Shown in pieces: positions 29,164 through 38,772 of a stretch of DNA of 64,000 nucleotides. This stretch comes from Desulfobacterales bacterium (GTDB lineage: Bacteria > Desulfobacterota > Desulfobacteria > Desulfobacterales > SG8-13). The stretch covers positions 4,551 through 68,550 of the forward strand of contig DAXETY010000030.1 in NCBI GenBank assembly GCA_051155755.1, given 5' to 3'. Position 1 is the first letter of the stretch, and each line of letters begins with the position of its first letter. Made by a program: the position numbers and the translations under genes. Below the pieces are notes generated by a model, which was not told the origin of the DNA, did no database searches, and saw only the letters and a program-made list of their open reading frames with translations.

Positions 29164-30195
29164 ATGGCGACCGAAAAGGTATCGATCGTTGGCGGCGGCG
29201 TGGCGGGAATGAGCGCCGCACTGCAACTGGCCGACATGGGCTTTCGATCCCACATCATCGAAGCCGACCCCTTTCTGGGCGGTCATGCGGTGCAGTACAG
29301 CTGTAAAGCCACCGATCGGTGCGTCAAGTGCGGCGCCTGCATGGTGGAAGAACGCCTGCACCGGACGCTGTCTTCGCCGGCGGTGGAGGTGTGGACCGAT
29401 TCTCGGGTGCAACGTGTCTCCCGGAATAAAGATTTCGAACTGGTTGTCCGGCGGCCGCAAGACCCATCGGCCGCCGTCAAAGCCGGAGCGGTCATTCTGG
29501 CCTGCGGATTCAAAGCGTTCGATCCGGTCGAGAAGCCATATGGTTACGGAAAGTTCAAGGACGTCATCACCAACCTGGAACTGGAGCGCACGCTCCGGGC
29601 CCGCAGCGTCCCGGTTCGGCCTTCCGACGGCGCCCTGCCCCGGCGGATCGGCTTCGTTCAGTGCGTGGGCAGTCGCGACAGTCGACTCGGCCACCTGTGG
29701 TGTTCCCGCATATGCTGCGGATCGGCCCTGAGAATGGCCCGGTTGATCCGAATGCGCTGTCCGGATACGGAAATTGCTTTCTTCTACATCGACGTGCAGA
29801 CATTTGGAAACAATTTCGATTCGTTCTATGCGACCGTGCAACACGAAGTGCACATGATTCGTGACATTCCCGGCGATGTGTTTCTCACCCCGGATAACCG
29901 CCTGAAGGTGGTTTACTACGATCCGACCGAGGGCCGCAGTCGTGAAGAACCTTTCGACCTGCTGGTTCTGTCCGTGGGAATGACCCCGTCCGAAGACGCG
30001 GCCGAGCTGGCGAACCAATTTCAAATCGGCCTGGATCCCTCGGGCTTTTTACCGGCCGGCACCGGAGAAAACCAGCAAGTTGCCGGCGTCTTTACCGCCG
30101 GGGCAGCCTGCGGACCGATGAGCATCGCCGAATCGGTGGCCAGCGGCGAAGCCGCCGCGTTCCAGGCGGCGATGTACCTGCAGCAAAGCGCGTAA
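29164..30195 (+). CDS. Short HdrA/QmoA-like FAD/Fe-S oxidoreductase
   Basis: VGGGVAGMSAA, CVKCGAC, YGYG, QCVGSRD...CSRICC, GVFTAGAACGPMSI. Confidence 0.85.
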   Translation: MATEKVSIVGGGVAGMSAALQLADMGFRSHIIEADPFLGGHAVQYSCKATDRCVKCGACMVEERLHRTLSSPAVEVWTDSRVQRVSRNKDFELVVRRPQDPSAAVKAGAVILACGFKAFDPVEKPYGYGKFKDVITNLELERTLRARSVPVRPSDGALPRRIGFVQCVGSRDSRLGHLWCSRICCGSALRMARLIRMRCPDTEIAFFYIDVQTFGNNFDSFYATVQHEVHMIRDIPGDVFLTPDNRLKVVYYDPTEGRSREEPFDLLVLSVGMTPSEDAAELANQFQIGLDPSGFLPAGTGENQQVAGVFTAGAACGPMSIAESVASGEAAAFQAAMYLQQSA

Positions 30196-30253
30196 ATCGA
30201 TTTATGTCCTTTTAGGTCAACGTTACCGTTCACCGGAAAGAAATGCGACAGTC

Positions 30254-31792
30254 ATGAATGTATCCGAATCCCCTCGTACCACCCTGGTGATCGGCTCCGG
30301 CAAATTTGCCCGCATGACGGCCAACCTTTTGGTCCGGGCGGGAATGCAGACGATCCTGTCCGGAAATCAATCGCAATCGGCCGAGCCGATGCCGGTGCTG
30401 GAGCCGGCGGTGGAAACGCTGCTGGGAACCCGCCTGGATGCCTGCAGCGGATTCGCCGGCGGTTTCCAGGTGTCTCTGATTGGAAGCAAACAGTCCCAGC
30501 AGCGTTCTGTCGACGGCATTGTTGTGGCCGAAGCGCTGCAACGCAAACCGGCCTTCGAGGATTACGGTTTGCAACCGTCCGTCAAGGTCCTTGCGCTGTC
30601 GGTGTTTACGACGGTCCTGGCCGACGGAGAAGCCTTTGACGGGCGCACCATCGTGTTTGTCAACGGACTGGTGCGGGAAAACACCCCTCCGGTTTTCGAG
30701 GAACTCGTCCGCGCCGCTTTGAACGTCCGGGCAACGAAAAGCACCCGCTGCTACGTTCTGACACGGAACTTGAAAGTGGCCGGACAGGGACTCGAAGCGC
30801 TGTACCGGGAGGCCAAGGCCGCCGGAGTGGTATTCTTCAAGTTCGAAGGCGCCCCCGTGCAGTTCCACCAGGACGGCGAAACCGTTGCCGTCGAATTCGA
30901 AGATGAGCCCAGCGGAGAGAGCTTCCGGATTCAACCGGATTTGCTGGTGGTGGATGAATATCTGCGGCCGTCGGAATCTCTGGCATCGTTGGCAAAAACC
31001 CTGGATGTGCACACCGATGCAAGCGGTTTTCTGCAGGTGGAAAACGTCCATCGATTTCCGGTGTTCACCAACCGCCGGGGCATATTTGCCGTCGGGCCGG
31101 CCCGCGGTCCGCTGTTGGCCTCGGAAATGGCATCCGATGCGGCCGCGGCCGCCGCTGCCCTGCTGGCCCCTTTGGAAGCCGGGGTTTGCTTTCGGGCCGA
31201 AATCGACCGTCACCTGTGCATTCGCTGTCTGACCTGCTTTCGCATTTGCCCTTATCGGGCCGTGCGGATCGGGGAAGGCACCCGCATTCGGGTGGAAGTC
31301 GCCGCCGAAGCCTGCGAGGGTTGCGGCATCTGTGCGGCCGAATGCCCGCGGCAGGCCATTGCAATGGCCGCGGTGCAAGGTGAGGCGAAACCGCTTGAAT
31401 CCCGTCTGGCGCCGGAGGAACCGTCGGCCTCGTTGCTGGTGTTCTGTTGCGGTCGTTCATCGGCGCGCGCCGCCGAACTGGCCGAATGCCTGGGACACTC
31501 GCGACCCCAAGGCATGCGGTGCGTGGAGGTGCCCTGCACCGGCATGATCTCCCTGCAGCATTTGCTGACGGCTTTTGCCGCCGGTGCCCGGCAGGTGATG
31601 GTCCTGGCCTGCCACGAAGACAACTGCCACTCGGAAATCGGCAACCAGCGCGCCCGCATGCGGACCGAACAACTCCGCACGCAGTTGGCCGCAATGGGAA
31701 TGGCGCCGGATCGGTTGCAGTTTCACACCCTGGCGGCCAATATGGCCACCGAGTTTACGGACCTGGTCCAACGTGCCGCCGAAATGGGCTGA
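30254..31792 (+). CDS. HdrA-like/ferredoxin/MvhD fusion (QmoB-like architecture)
   Basis: Degenerate HdrA fold (TNRRGIFAVG), CIRCLTCFRICP and CEGCGICAAECP, MvhD-like FCC...VPCTG...ACHEDNCH...GN. Confidence 0.8.
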   Translation: MNVSESPRTTLVIGSGKFARMTANLLVRAGMQTILSGNQSQSAEPMPVLEPAVETLLGTRLDACSGFAGGFQVSLIGSKQSQQRSVDGIVVAEALQRKPAFEDYGLQPSVKVLALSVFTTVLADGEAFDGRTIVFVNGLVRENTPPVFEELVRAALNVRATKSTRCYVLTRNLKVAGQGLEALYREAKAAGVVFFKFEGAPVQFHQDGETVAVEFEDEPSGESFRIQPDLLVVDEYLRPSESLASLAKTLDVHTDASGFLQVENVHRFPVFTNRRGIFAVGPARGPLLASEMASDAAAAAAALLAPLEAGVCFRAEIDRHLCIRCLTCFRICPYRAVRIGEGTRIRVEVAAEACEGCGICAAECPRQAIAMAAVQGEAKPLESRLAPEEPSASLLVFCCGRSSARAAELAECLGHSRPQGMRCVEVPCTGMISLQHLLTAFAAGARQVMVLACHEDNCHSEIGNQRARMRTEQLRTQLAAMGMAPDRLQFHTLAANMATEFTDLVQRAAEMG

Positions 31793-31810
31793 AACCGAAA
31801 GGAAAGGATC

Positions 31811-33028
31811 ATGAGCGACAAACCCATCGATCTGAACACCCTGCCCCAGGAACGGTTCCGACGCTGGCCCCATCGTCAGGACGTCTGCCTGACCTGCGGC
31901 ATGTGTTCCAGTGTCTGTCCGGCTTCCGGCATCGACGGCTTCGATCCCCGCAAGATCATCCGCCTGGTATCTCTCGGGCTGGAACGCAATGTGGTCGAAG
32001 CCCGCTGGCCCTGGATCTGCACCATGTGCGCCAAATGTGAAGTCGTCTGCCCGATGGAAATCGAGATCCCGAATGTCATGCGGTCGATTCGTTCGCTGCG
32101 GGATCGGGAGAACGTTCCCGGCATTCTGCACAAGGGGGTCGATGCCGCCATGAAAACCGGCAACAACCTGGGCCTGCCGCAGGAAGACTTCATGTTCATC
32201 GTCGAGGATGTGGCCGAGGAGATCGCCGAGGAGCCCGGCTTCGAAGATTTCACCGTCCCGGTGGACAAGCGCGGGGCCAACCTGCTTACGACCATTCACA
32301 ACAAGCTGGTCAACACGCACACCGAAGATCTCAAACACTGGTGGAAAATCTTTCACGCCGCCGGCGAGGACTGGACGGTGTCCTCCGAGGCCTGGGAGGG
32401 GGTCAACTGGGGGTTTTTTACCGGCGACGATGCCGCCATGGAAACCATGATCGATCGCCTGGCGGCCCAGATCGAAGCCCTGGAGGTGAAAAATCTCATG
32501 TGGCCGGAATGAGGGCACGCCTATCTAGCGACCAGGTCTGGTCTCGAAGCTCATCATCCCGAACTGCTGAAAAAAATCGGCACCTACAGCGTATTCGACC
32601 TGCTGATCCACTACATCCGCCAGGGGCGCATCCGTCTGGACAAGACCCGCTTTCCGGAATTGGCCACCTACCACGATCCCTGCAACTACTGCCGCAAAGC
32701 GGAAATCCGCTTCGGTCATGGATTCTACGAAGAACCGCGTTGGATCATGGATCAGTGTCTGGAAAACTGGGTGGATTTACACCCAAACAGACGGCATCAA
32801 ATCTGTTGCGGTGGCGGCGGCGGCGCGCTGGTGAGTGGATACCACGACGAGCGAATTTTTTACGGGCGTCGGAAAATGGAGCAAATTCGCGCCACCGGTG
32901 CCAAATTACTCGTGGTTCCCTGCCACAGCTGCCACGGCCAGCTCAACAACATCAAAAAACATTACGATATGGAAGACCTGACGGTGAAATACCTGTGGGA
33001 ATTGCTGGCCGACTGTCTCGTTTTATAA
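31811..33028 (+). CDS. HdrD-like (HdrC-CCG) Fe-S oxidoreductase, probable selenoprotein (UGA at 32510-32512)
   Basis: ORFs 31811-32512 and 32660-33028 are in one frame with no other stop. They read WPE-UGA-GHAY, where ECGH is expected. Other motifs: CLTCGMCSSVCP, CTMCAKCEVVCP, YHDPC, CCGGGGG, PCHSC. Confidence 0.88.
32513..32546 (+). promoter_or_regulatory. Putative bacterial SECIS element
   Basis: GACCAGGTCTGGTC hairpin at 32530-32543, 17 nt after the UGA; same CAGGUCUG apex as the E. coli fdhF SECIS. Confidence 0.75.
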
Positions 33029-33233
33029 CACCCTCCGGAAGTGCCGCCCTTACCGCTTCCCGGGGCAAGCCTGCGGCGCATTCTTTCATTTCTTCTCTGC
33101 CGACGATTCGGATGGAACACACCTGCCCGGATCCGTAATGAAATCGGACCGGCAAGACCAACGGTTGACAGTTCACCGGAAGTGGTATTAAATGGCTTCT
33201 TTTTTAAAACTAAACGGAGCGTTTCAAAATTTT

Positions 33234-33785
33234 ATGAATAAAATCGTCATATCGGTGTTGGGGCCGGATCGACCGGGCATCATCGCCACCGTCACCCGAA
33301 TCCTGTTCGAACTCGACTGCAATATCGAAAACGTCAGCCAGACCATCCTGCAATCGGAATTCAGTGGGATTTTCATTGTCGCCGCTCCGGAAGAGCGGGC
33401 CGCTGAAATTCTGCGCAAGGAGTTAAATCAGGCGCTTTCCCCGCTCAACCTCGATGTCACCATCAAACCGCTGGACCCGGCACCGGCATTCTGTTCCGAA
33501 TCCTGCGAGCCGTTTGTCATTACCACCCGTGGGCCGGACCGCAAAGGGCTGGTGGCATCCATCACCGAAATCATCGCCCGATACGGAGCCAATGTCACCA
33601 ATCTGCAGGCCGTCTTCAAGGGTGGAGACGATCCCAACGACAACATCATGATCTATGAGGTGGACATTCCGGCCGAAATCGATCAACAGGCATTGTATGC
33701 GGACTTGCGCGCCCGTGCCGCCGAGCTTTCACTGACCATCAGCATTCAGCACCGTAAAATATTCGAAGCCATCAACCGTATATAG
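33234..33785 (+). CDS. Double ACT-domain protein (GcvR-like)
   Basis: VLGPDRPGIIA and RGPDRKGLVA repeats; C-terminal IQHRKIFEAINRI; upstream of a UPF0210 gene. Confidence 0.85.
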   Translation: MNKIVISVLGPDRPGIIATVTRILFELDCNIENVSQTILQSEFSGIFIVAAPEERAAEILRKELNQALSPLNLDVTIKPLDPAPAFCSESCEPFVITTRGPDRKGLVASITEIIARYGANVTNLQAVFKGGDDPNDNIMIYEVDIPAEIDQQALYADLRARAAELSLTISIQHRKIFEAINRI

Positions 33786-33857
33786 TATCGAAGGCAATCG
33801 CCTTCCATAAATCCGTATCACCAACCGCAACCGAGCTTTTGAGCGACGACAACCACT

Positions 33858-35231
33858 ATGCTGACCCAACGAGAGATTCTGTCGACCCTGGAAATGCTGC
33901 AGAACGAACACCTGGACGTGCGGACCGTCACGCTGGGCATCAATCTGCTCAACTGCGCCAGTCACGATTTGACGACCCTTCAGGACAAGATCCTGTTTCG
34001 AATCACCGACCTGGCCCACAATCTGGTGACGGTTTGCAACCGTGTCGGGGACAAGTACGGCATCCCGGTGGTCAACAAACGCATCTCCGTCAGTCCGATC
34101 GCCGTGGTGGCCGCCCCGTTTTCGTCTTCACAGATGATCGCGGTGGCCCGAACCCTGGATCGAGCCGCCGCGGAGGTGGGTGTCGATTTTATCGGGGGTT
34201 TCAGTGCGCTGGTGGAAAAAGGCATCGCCCGGGGAGACCGCGCGCTGATCGATGCCATTCCCGAAGCTCTGGCGGAAACCCGGCGGGTTTGTGCCTCGGT
34301 GAATGTCGCTTCCACCCGCGCGGGGATCAACATGGATGCCGTGTACCTCATGGGGCAGAAAATCAAGCGCGCCGCGGCCCTGACCGCTAAAAACGACGGC
34401 ATCGCCTGCGCCAAGATGTGCGTTTTTGCCAATATCCCCCAGGACATTCCCTTCATGGCCGGTGCCTATCTGGGCATCGGCGAAGCCGATGCCGTGATCA
34501 ACGTCGGCGTCAGCGGTCCCGGAGTTGTGAAAAAAGCGGTGGACCGGGCCCTGGAGGCCACTCCCAACATGGACCTGGGCCGGCTGTCCGAACTGATCAA
34601 GCATACCGCCTACAAAGTCACCCGGGTAGGGGAACTGATCGGCCGAGAGGTTGCAGATCGTCTGAACATCCGTTTCGGTGTGGCGGATCTTTCACTGGCA
34701 CCGACACCCAACGTGGGCGACAGTGTCGGTGAAATCTTTCAGAGCCTCGGGCTGCTGAGCATCGGGGTTCCGGGCACCACGGCCGCCCTGGCGCTGCTCA
34801 ACGATGCTGTGAAAAAAGGCGGCGCCTTTGCCAGCTCCCACGTGGGCGGACTCAGCGGCGCATTCATTCCGGTCAGTGAAGATCTCAATATTTCCCAGGC
34901 CGCTGCCGCCGGTCACCTCACGATCGAAAAGCTCGAAGCCATTACCAGTGTCTGTTCGGTGGGACTGGACATGGTGGCGATTCCCGGAGACACCACTGAA
35001 GACACCGTCGCCGCTTTGATCGCCGACGAGATGGCCATCGGCGTCGTCAACAAGAAGACCACGGCGGCCCGACTGATCCCGGTGCCCGGCAAGCAGGCCG
35101 GCGAACACGCCTACTTCGGTGGCTTGCTGGGACAATCGGTGATCATGCCGGTCAACAATTCCCGCGGCGCCAATCGATTCATTCGACTCGGCGGCCGCAT
35201 CCCGGCCCCGATCCAGAGCCTGGTGAACTGA
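33858..35231 (+). CDS. PFL-like UPF0210 (DUF711) protein
   Basis: LDVRTVTLGI, NKRISVSPI, INVGVSGPGVV, VGGLSGAFIPVSED, GRIPAP. Confidence 0.9.
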   Translation: MLTQREILSTLEMLQNEHLDVRTVTLGINLLNCASHDLTTLQDKILFRITDLAHNLVTVCNRVGDKYGIPVVNKRISVSPIAVVAAPFSSSQMIAVARTLDRAAAEVGVDFIGGFSALVEKGIARGDRALIDAIPEALAETRRVCASVNVASTRAGINMDAVYLMGQKIKRAAALTAKNDGIACAKMCVFANIPQDIPFMAGAYLGIGEADAVINVGVSGPGVVKKAVDRALEATPNMDLGRLSELIKHTAYKVTRVGELIGREVADRLNIRFGVADLSLAPTPNVGDSVGEIFQSLGLLSIGVPGTTAALALLNDAVKKGGAFASSHVGGLSGAFIPVSEDLNISQAAAAGHLTIEKLEAITSVCSVGLDMVAIPGDTTEDTVAALIADEMAIGVVNKKTTAARLIPVPGKQAGEHAYFGGLLGQSVIMPVNNSRGANRFIRLGGRIPAPIQSLVN

Positions 35232-35412
35232 GCGAGTCCCGCAGCAGGATGTCGCCGCCGGAAACGCTCCGGCCATCCACGTTCGAAACGGCAGGGGGGA
35301 ATCGGTTGCCGCCCGGAATGCCTGTAACCGTCGGCGCAATGAGCGGCTTGTTAGCCACCGGCGACGACCGGGCATCCCGACATTGGCTTTCAACCTCCGA
35401 TTTCGACGACCT

Positions 35413-36243
35413 GTGAAGAACCGTTCCCAAATACCGGCTGCCAAATCCCGATCGGCCAAGTCCCTTCCTTCAAGGGTCCCGCTGCGCGATTGGCTGCAGT
35501 ATCTGGTTCTGATCGTCGGTGTCGGCTGGCTGATCTGGCGCGGCTCCGAAAGTCTCGGCTATCACTGGCAGTGGTATCAGGTCCCCCGGTATCTGTTTTC
35601 CCATCGTGACGGGACCTTGATTATGGGCCCCCTTCTGGACGGCCTGGCCGTCACCTTTAAGATCACCGCCATCAGCCTGGTGCTGGCATTTGTCATCGGG
35701 CTGACCACGGCCGTGTTCCGTCTTTCCGCATCCCCGCTGGCCCGCCTGACCGCGCGCAGCTACCTGGAACTGATCCGCAACACCCCGCTCCTGGTCCAGC
35801 TTTTTTTTATCTACTTCGTTCTTGCGCCGGTGCTGGGAATCGATGGCTTTACGGCCGCCGTTCTGGCGCTGAGTCTGTTTGAAGGGGCCTATGTATCAGA
35901 AATTTTTCGCGCCGGCATCCTCTCGGTGCCGCCGGGCCAATGGGAAGCGGCCGCCAGCATCGGACTCGAACGGCTTCGCACTTACCGCCTCGTGGTGCTG
36001 CCCCAGGCGGTCCGCTACACCCTGCCGCCGCTGGCCAGTCAGGCGGTCTCGCTGATCAAGGATTCGGCCCTGGTCAGCACGATTGCCATCTACGATTTGA
36101 CCATGCAGGGGCAGATCATTATCGCCCAGACCTACCTGGTGTTCGAAATCTGGTTTACCGTCGCGGCCGTATACCTGCTGATCACCACTTCGTTGTCGTT
36201 GATGGTTCGCTACCTGGAGATACACCTGAAACTGGAAGGGTAA
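35413..36243 (+). CDS. Polar amino-acid ABC transporter permease
   Basis: YLELIRNTPLLVQ, AYVSEIFRAGI...GQWEAA, LIKDSAL. Start uncertain. Confidence 0.9.
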   Translation: MKNRSQIPAAKSRSAKSLPSRVPLRDWLQYLVLIVGVGWLIWRGSESLGYHWQWYQVPRYLFSHRDGTLIMGPLLDGLAVTFKITAISLVLAFVIGLTTAVFRLSASPLARLTARSYLELIRNTPLLVQLFFIYFVLAPVLGIDGFTAAVLALSLFEGAYVSEIFRAGILSVPPGQWEAAASIGLERLRTYRLVVLPQAVRYTLPPLASQAVSLIKDSALVSTIAIYDLTMQGQIIIAQTYLVFEIWFTVAAVYLLITTSLSLMVRYLEIHLKLEG

Positions 36244-36290
36244 GCCCGCCGAATATTTGCGGCGGCCCGAATGCAGAAAGGAGGCAATCC

Positions 36291-37127
36291 ATGGGGACAC
36301 CAAAAGCCTGGAAGAAATGGATCACCGTCCTGGTGATGACGGCGATCGTGATGATTGCCGCCGGTGCGGCGGCAGAGATCCGGGATCAACTGGTCAAGGA
36401 AAGCACGATCGAAAAAGTCCTCCGCAAAGGGGTGCTGCGGGTGGGAATGTCCACTTTCGTTCCCTGGGCCATGAAAGACAAAACCGGCGAGCTCATCGGA
36501 TTCGAGATCGACGTGGCAACGCGTCTGGCAAAGGATACCGGCGTCGAGGTGGAATTCGTTCCCACCAAATGGGCCGGGATCATTCCGGCGCTGTTGACCG
36601 GAAAATTCGATGTCATTATCGGCGGCATGGGCATTCTGCCCAAACGCAACCTCAAGGTGAACTTTACCATCCCCTACGACTACAGCGGCATGTCGATCGT
36701 GGCTCACAAGCAAAAGGCTTCCGGGTTCCGCCACCTGGAAGAATTCAACAAAGCCGGGGTGGTCGTCACCGCGCGACTGGGATCCACCGCCGAACTGGCG
36801 GCCCGCAAGCATCTTCCCAATGCCGAGCTACGCCTTTTCGACGACGAGTCCCAGGTCATCCAGGAGGTTCTGAGCGGACGCGTACACGCCCTGGTTGCCT
36901 CGGCCCCATTGCCGGCCTTTCTGGCGGTGGAAAATGCGAACCGGCTCTTTTTGCCCCTGGAGGAAACCTTCACCAAAGAGCCCATCGGATTTGCCGTTCG
37001 CAAAGGCGATGTGGATACCTTGAATTACTTCAACAACTGGATCCGGGTGGTCGAATCCGAAGGATGGTTCAAGGAACGCAAGTCCTACTGGTTCGGCACC
37101 AAGGACTGGGAAAATCGCATCAAATAA
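36291..37127 (+). CDS. Polar amino-acid ABC transporter substrate-binding protein
   Basis: Signal peptide, LRVGM, GFEID, WAGIIPALLTGKFD, FAVRKGD; GGAGG RBS. Confidence 0.92.
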   Translation: MGTPKAWKKWITVLVMTAIVMIAAGAAAEIRDQLVKESTIEKVLRKGVLRVGMSTFVPWAMKDKTGELIGFEIDVATRLAKDTGVEVEFVPTKWAGIIPALLTGKFDVIIGGMGILPKRNLKVNFTIPYDYSGMSIVAHKQKASGFRHLEEFNKAGVVVTARLGSTAELAARKHLPNAELRLFDDESQVIQEVLSGRVHALVASAPLPAFLAVENANRLFLPLEETFTKEPIGFAVRKGDVDTLNYFNNWIRVVESEGWFKERKSYWFGTKDWENRIK

Positions 37128-37132
37128 ACAGG

Positions 37133-38020
37133 ATGCCACTGCAAAAACCGACAAAATTCAGTCTGCTGGATGCGCTGGTGGCGCTGCTGATGCTCGCCGG
37201 CGCCGTCGGCCTGGGGTATCGATTGGAAGCCGGTCTTCATTATGAGTGGGACTGGGGGATCGTACCCCAGTACCTGTTTCGCTATGACGCCGAGACCGGG
37301 CGGTGGGTGGCCAACGTGCTGATCGAGGGCTTGCTGACAACCGTCCGGCTGAGCTTCTGGGCTACAATTCTGGCAACCCTCTTCGGGACGGCGGCCGGGT
37401 TGCTGCGGATCAGCGGCAGTGTGTTTCGGCGCCTGACGGGCGCCACCTACGTAGAAATCATTCGCAACCTGCCGCCGCTGGTACTGGTATTTATTTTCTA
37501 CTACTTCATCGGCGATCAAATCCTGCCCGCCCTGGGCATCGACCGAGTATACGGTCAGCTGCCCGAAACCGGTCAGACCTTGCTGCGGTGGCTGTTCGCG
37601 CCACCGGCCCGGTTGACCTCGTTTCTTTCAGCGGTGTTGACCCTGGCGTTGTTCGAAGGGGCCTACATCGCCGAGATTGTGCGCGCCGGAATTCAGTCCA
37701 TCGAGAAAGGTCAGTGGGAAGCCGCCGATGCCATCGGTCTGAGCCGGTTTCAGCGGATGCGCCGGGTGATCTTTCCCCAGGCAATGCCTCGCATTCTGCC
37801 ACCCCTGGCAGGTCAGTTCATCTCCACCATCAAAGACTCGGCCATCGTTTCGGTAATCTCCGTTCAGGAGCTCACCTTCCAGGGAATGGAGCTGATGGCC
37901 TCCACCTACCGCACCTTCGAGGTCTGGATTACGATCACCGGACTCTATTTTCTGTTGACCATGAGTTGCTCACTGGCAGTGGGCCGTCTCGAGTTGCGGC
38001 TGCGGCGAAAATTCGCCTGA
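37133..38020 (+). CDS. Polar amino-acid ABC transporter permease
   Basis: YVEIIRNLPPLV, AYIAEIVRAGI...GQWEAA, TIKDSAI. Confidence 0.9.
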   Translation: MPLQKPTKFSLLDALVALLMLAGAVGLGYRLEAGLHYEWDWGIVPQYLFRYDAETGRWVANVLIEGLLTTVRLSFWATILATLFGTAAGLLRISGSVFRRLTGATYVEIIRNLPPLVLVFIFYYFIGDQILPALGIDRVYGQLPETGQTLLRWLFAPPARLTSFLSAVLTLALFEGAYIAEIVRAGIQSIEKGQWEAADAIGLSRFQRMRRVIFPQAMPRILPPLAGQFISTIKDSAIVSVISVQELTFQGMELMASTYRTFEVWITITGLYFLLTMSCSLAVGRLELRLRRKFA

Positions 38021-38085
38021 GGCAGGGAACTCGGCCGAAAGTACAAACCGAAGTGCACGTTGGCGCAATTCTGGTGACCAATGTT

Positions 38086-38166
38086 TCACCGCTGAGCTGA
38101 GAACGCAGAGGCGGCGCAGGTCAGATTTTAAAGCTTTTCTCTGCGTTCTCCGCATTTCCGCGGTGA
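38086..38166. repeat. Palindromic intergenic element (TCACCGC...GAGAACGCAGAG / CTCTGCGTTCTC...GCGGTGA)
   Basis: Perfect 12-bp inner inverted repeat plus 7-bp outer inverted repeat between convergent genes; a similar half-site is at 24840-24859. Confidence 0.6.
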
Positions 38167-38212
38167 GTAATCTTTGACTTGAAATACGTCACCGAAATGA
38201 TGCCATCCAGCA

Positions 38213-38731
38213 CTAAAGGGCAACCGCGATTTCCACGGTGAGGGTTTCACGAATCTCCCGGCCGTTTTGCCGCACCACCAGCAGGATCCCGTTTGATCCT
38301 TCCGGCAGGGGTCCGGCACTGAAACTTTCCGCACCCTTGTAGCCGGGTTTGTAGCCACGCCAGGCGATCAAGCGCAAGGGGGCAATCTCACGGCGAAGCT
38401 GACCGCCGACGGCGATCACGTCCGGCGGGGGATCGTTGACGTTTTCGCGTTGGATGCCGCGATGAATATAGCGTCCGGCCGGCTGACCCGCGTACAGATA
38501 ACGGCTGGCGCTCCAATCCACGGTCAACGCTTCGTCGGTGCGGTTGATAATTTCCAACAGGAATCGGTTGAAGTATGGTTTGCCTGCCGTCAAGGGGGTA
38601 AACGTGGCGGTGAAATAAGAGTTGTCCACGGTTTGGGCGCTTGGCGTGCTGATCCATGACTTTGGGGCGGCGCAGCCGGCCGCAATGAAACAGATAGCCA
38701 TCAGGAACAAGGTCCAGGTGTGTGGCTTCAT
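38213..38731 (-). CDS. Hypothetical lipoprotein
   Basis: Signal peptide with lipobox IAAGC. Confidence 0.7.
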   Translation of the reverse strand: MKPHTWTLFLMAICFIAAGCAAPKSWISTPSAQTVDNSYFTATFTPLTAGKPYFNRFLLEIINRTDEALTVDWSASRYLYAGQPAGRYIHRGIQRENVNDPPPDVIAVGGQLRREIAPLRLIAWRGYKPGYKGAESFSAGPLPEGSNGILLVVRQNGREIRETLTVEIAVAL

Positions 38732-38772
38732 ATCATCCCGCCTGTCATTTTTTGCTTTGTTTTCGGTGCCCG

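Noticed and set aside
31811-32512. Pseudogene or two separate genes for the HdrD-like protein
   Set aside because: Same frame, UGA at a conserved Cys position and a SECIS-like hairpin favour selenocysteine.
36257-37132. 587-aa permease with a long N-terminal extension
   Set aside because: The extension overlaps the substrate-binding gene in another frame; the real start is the ATG at 37133.
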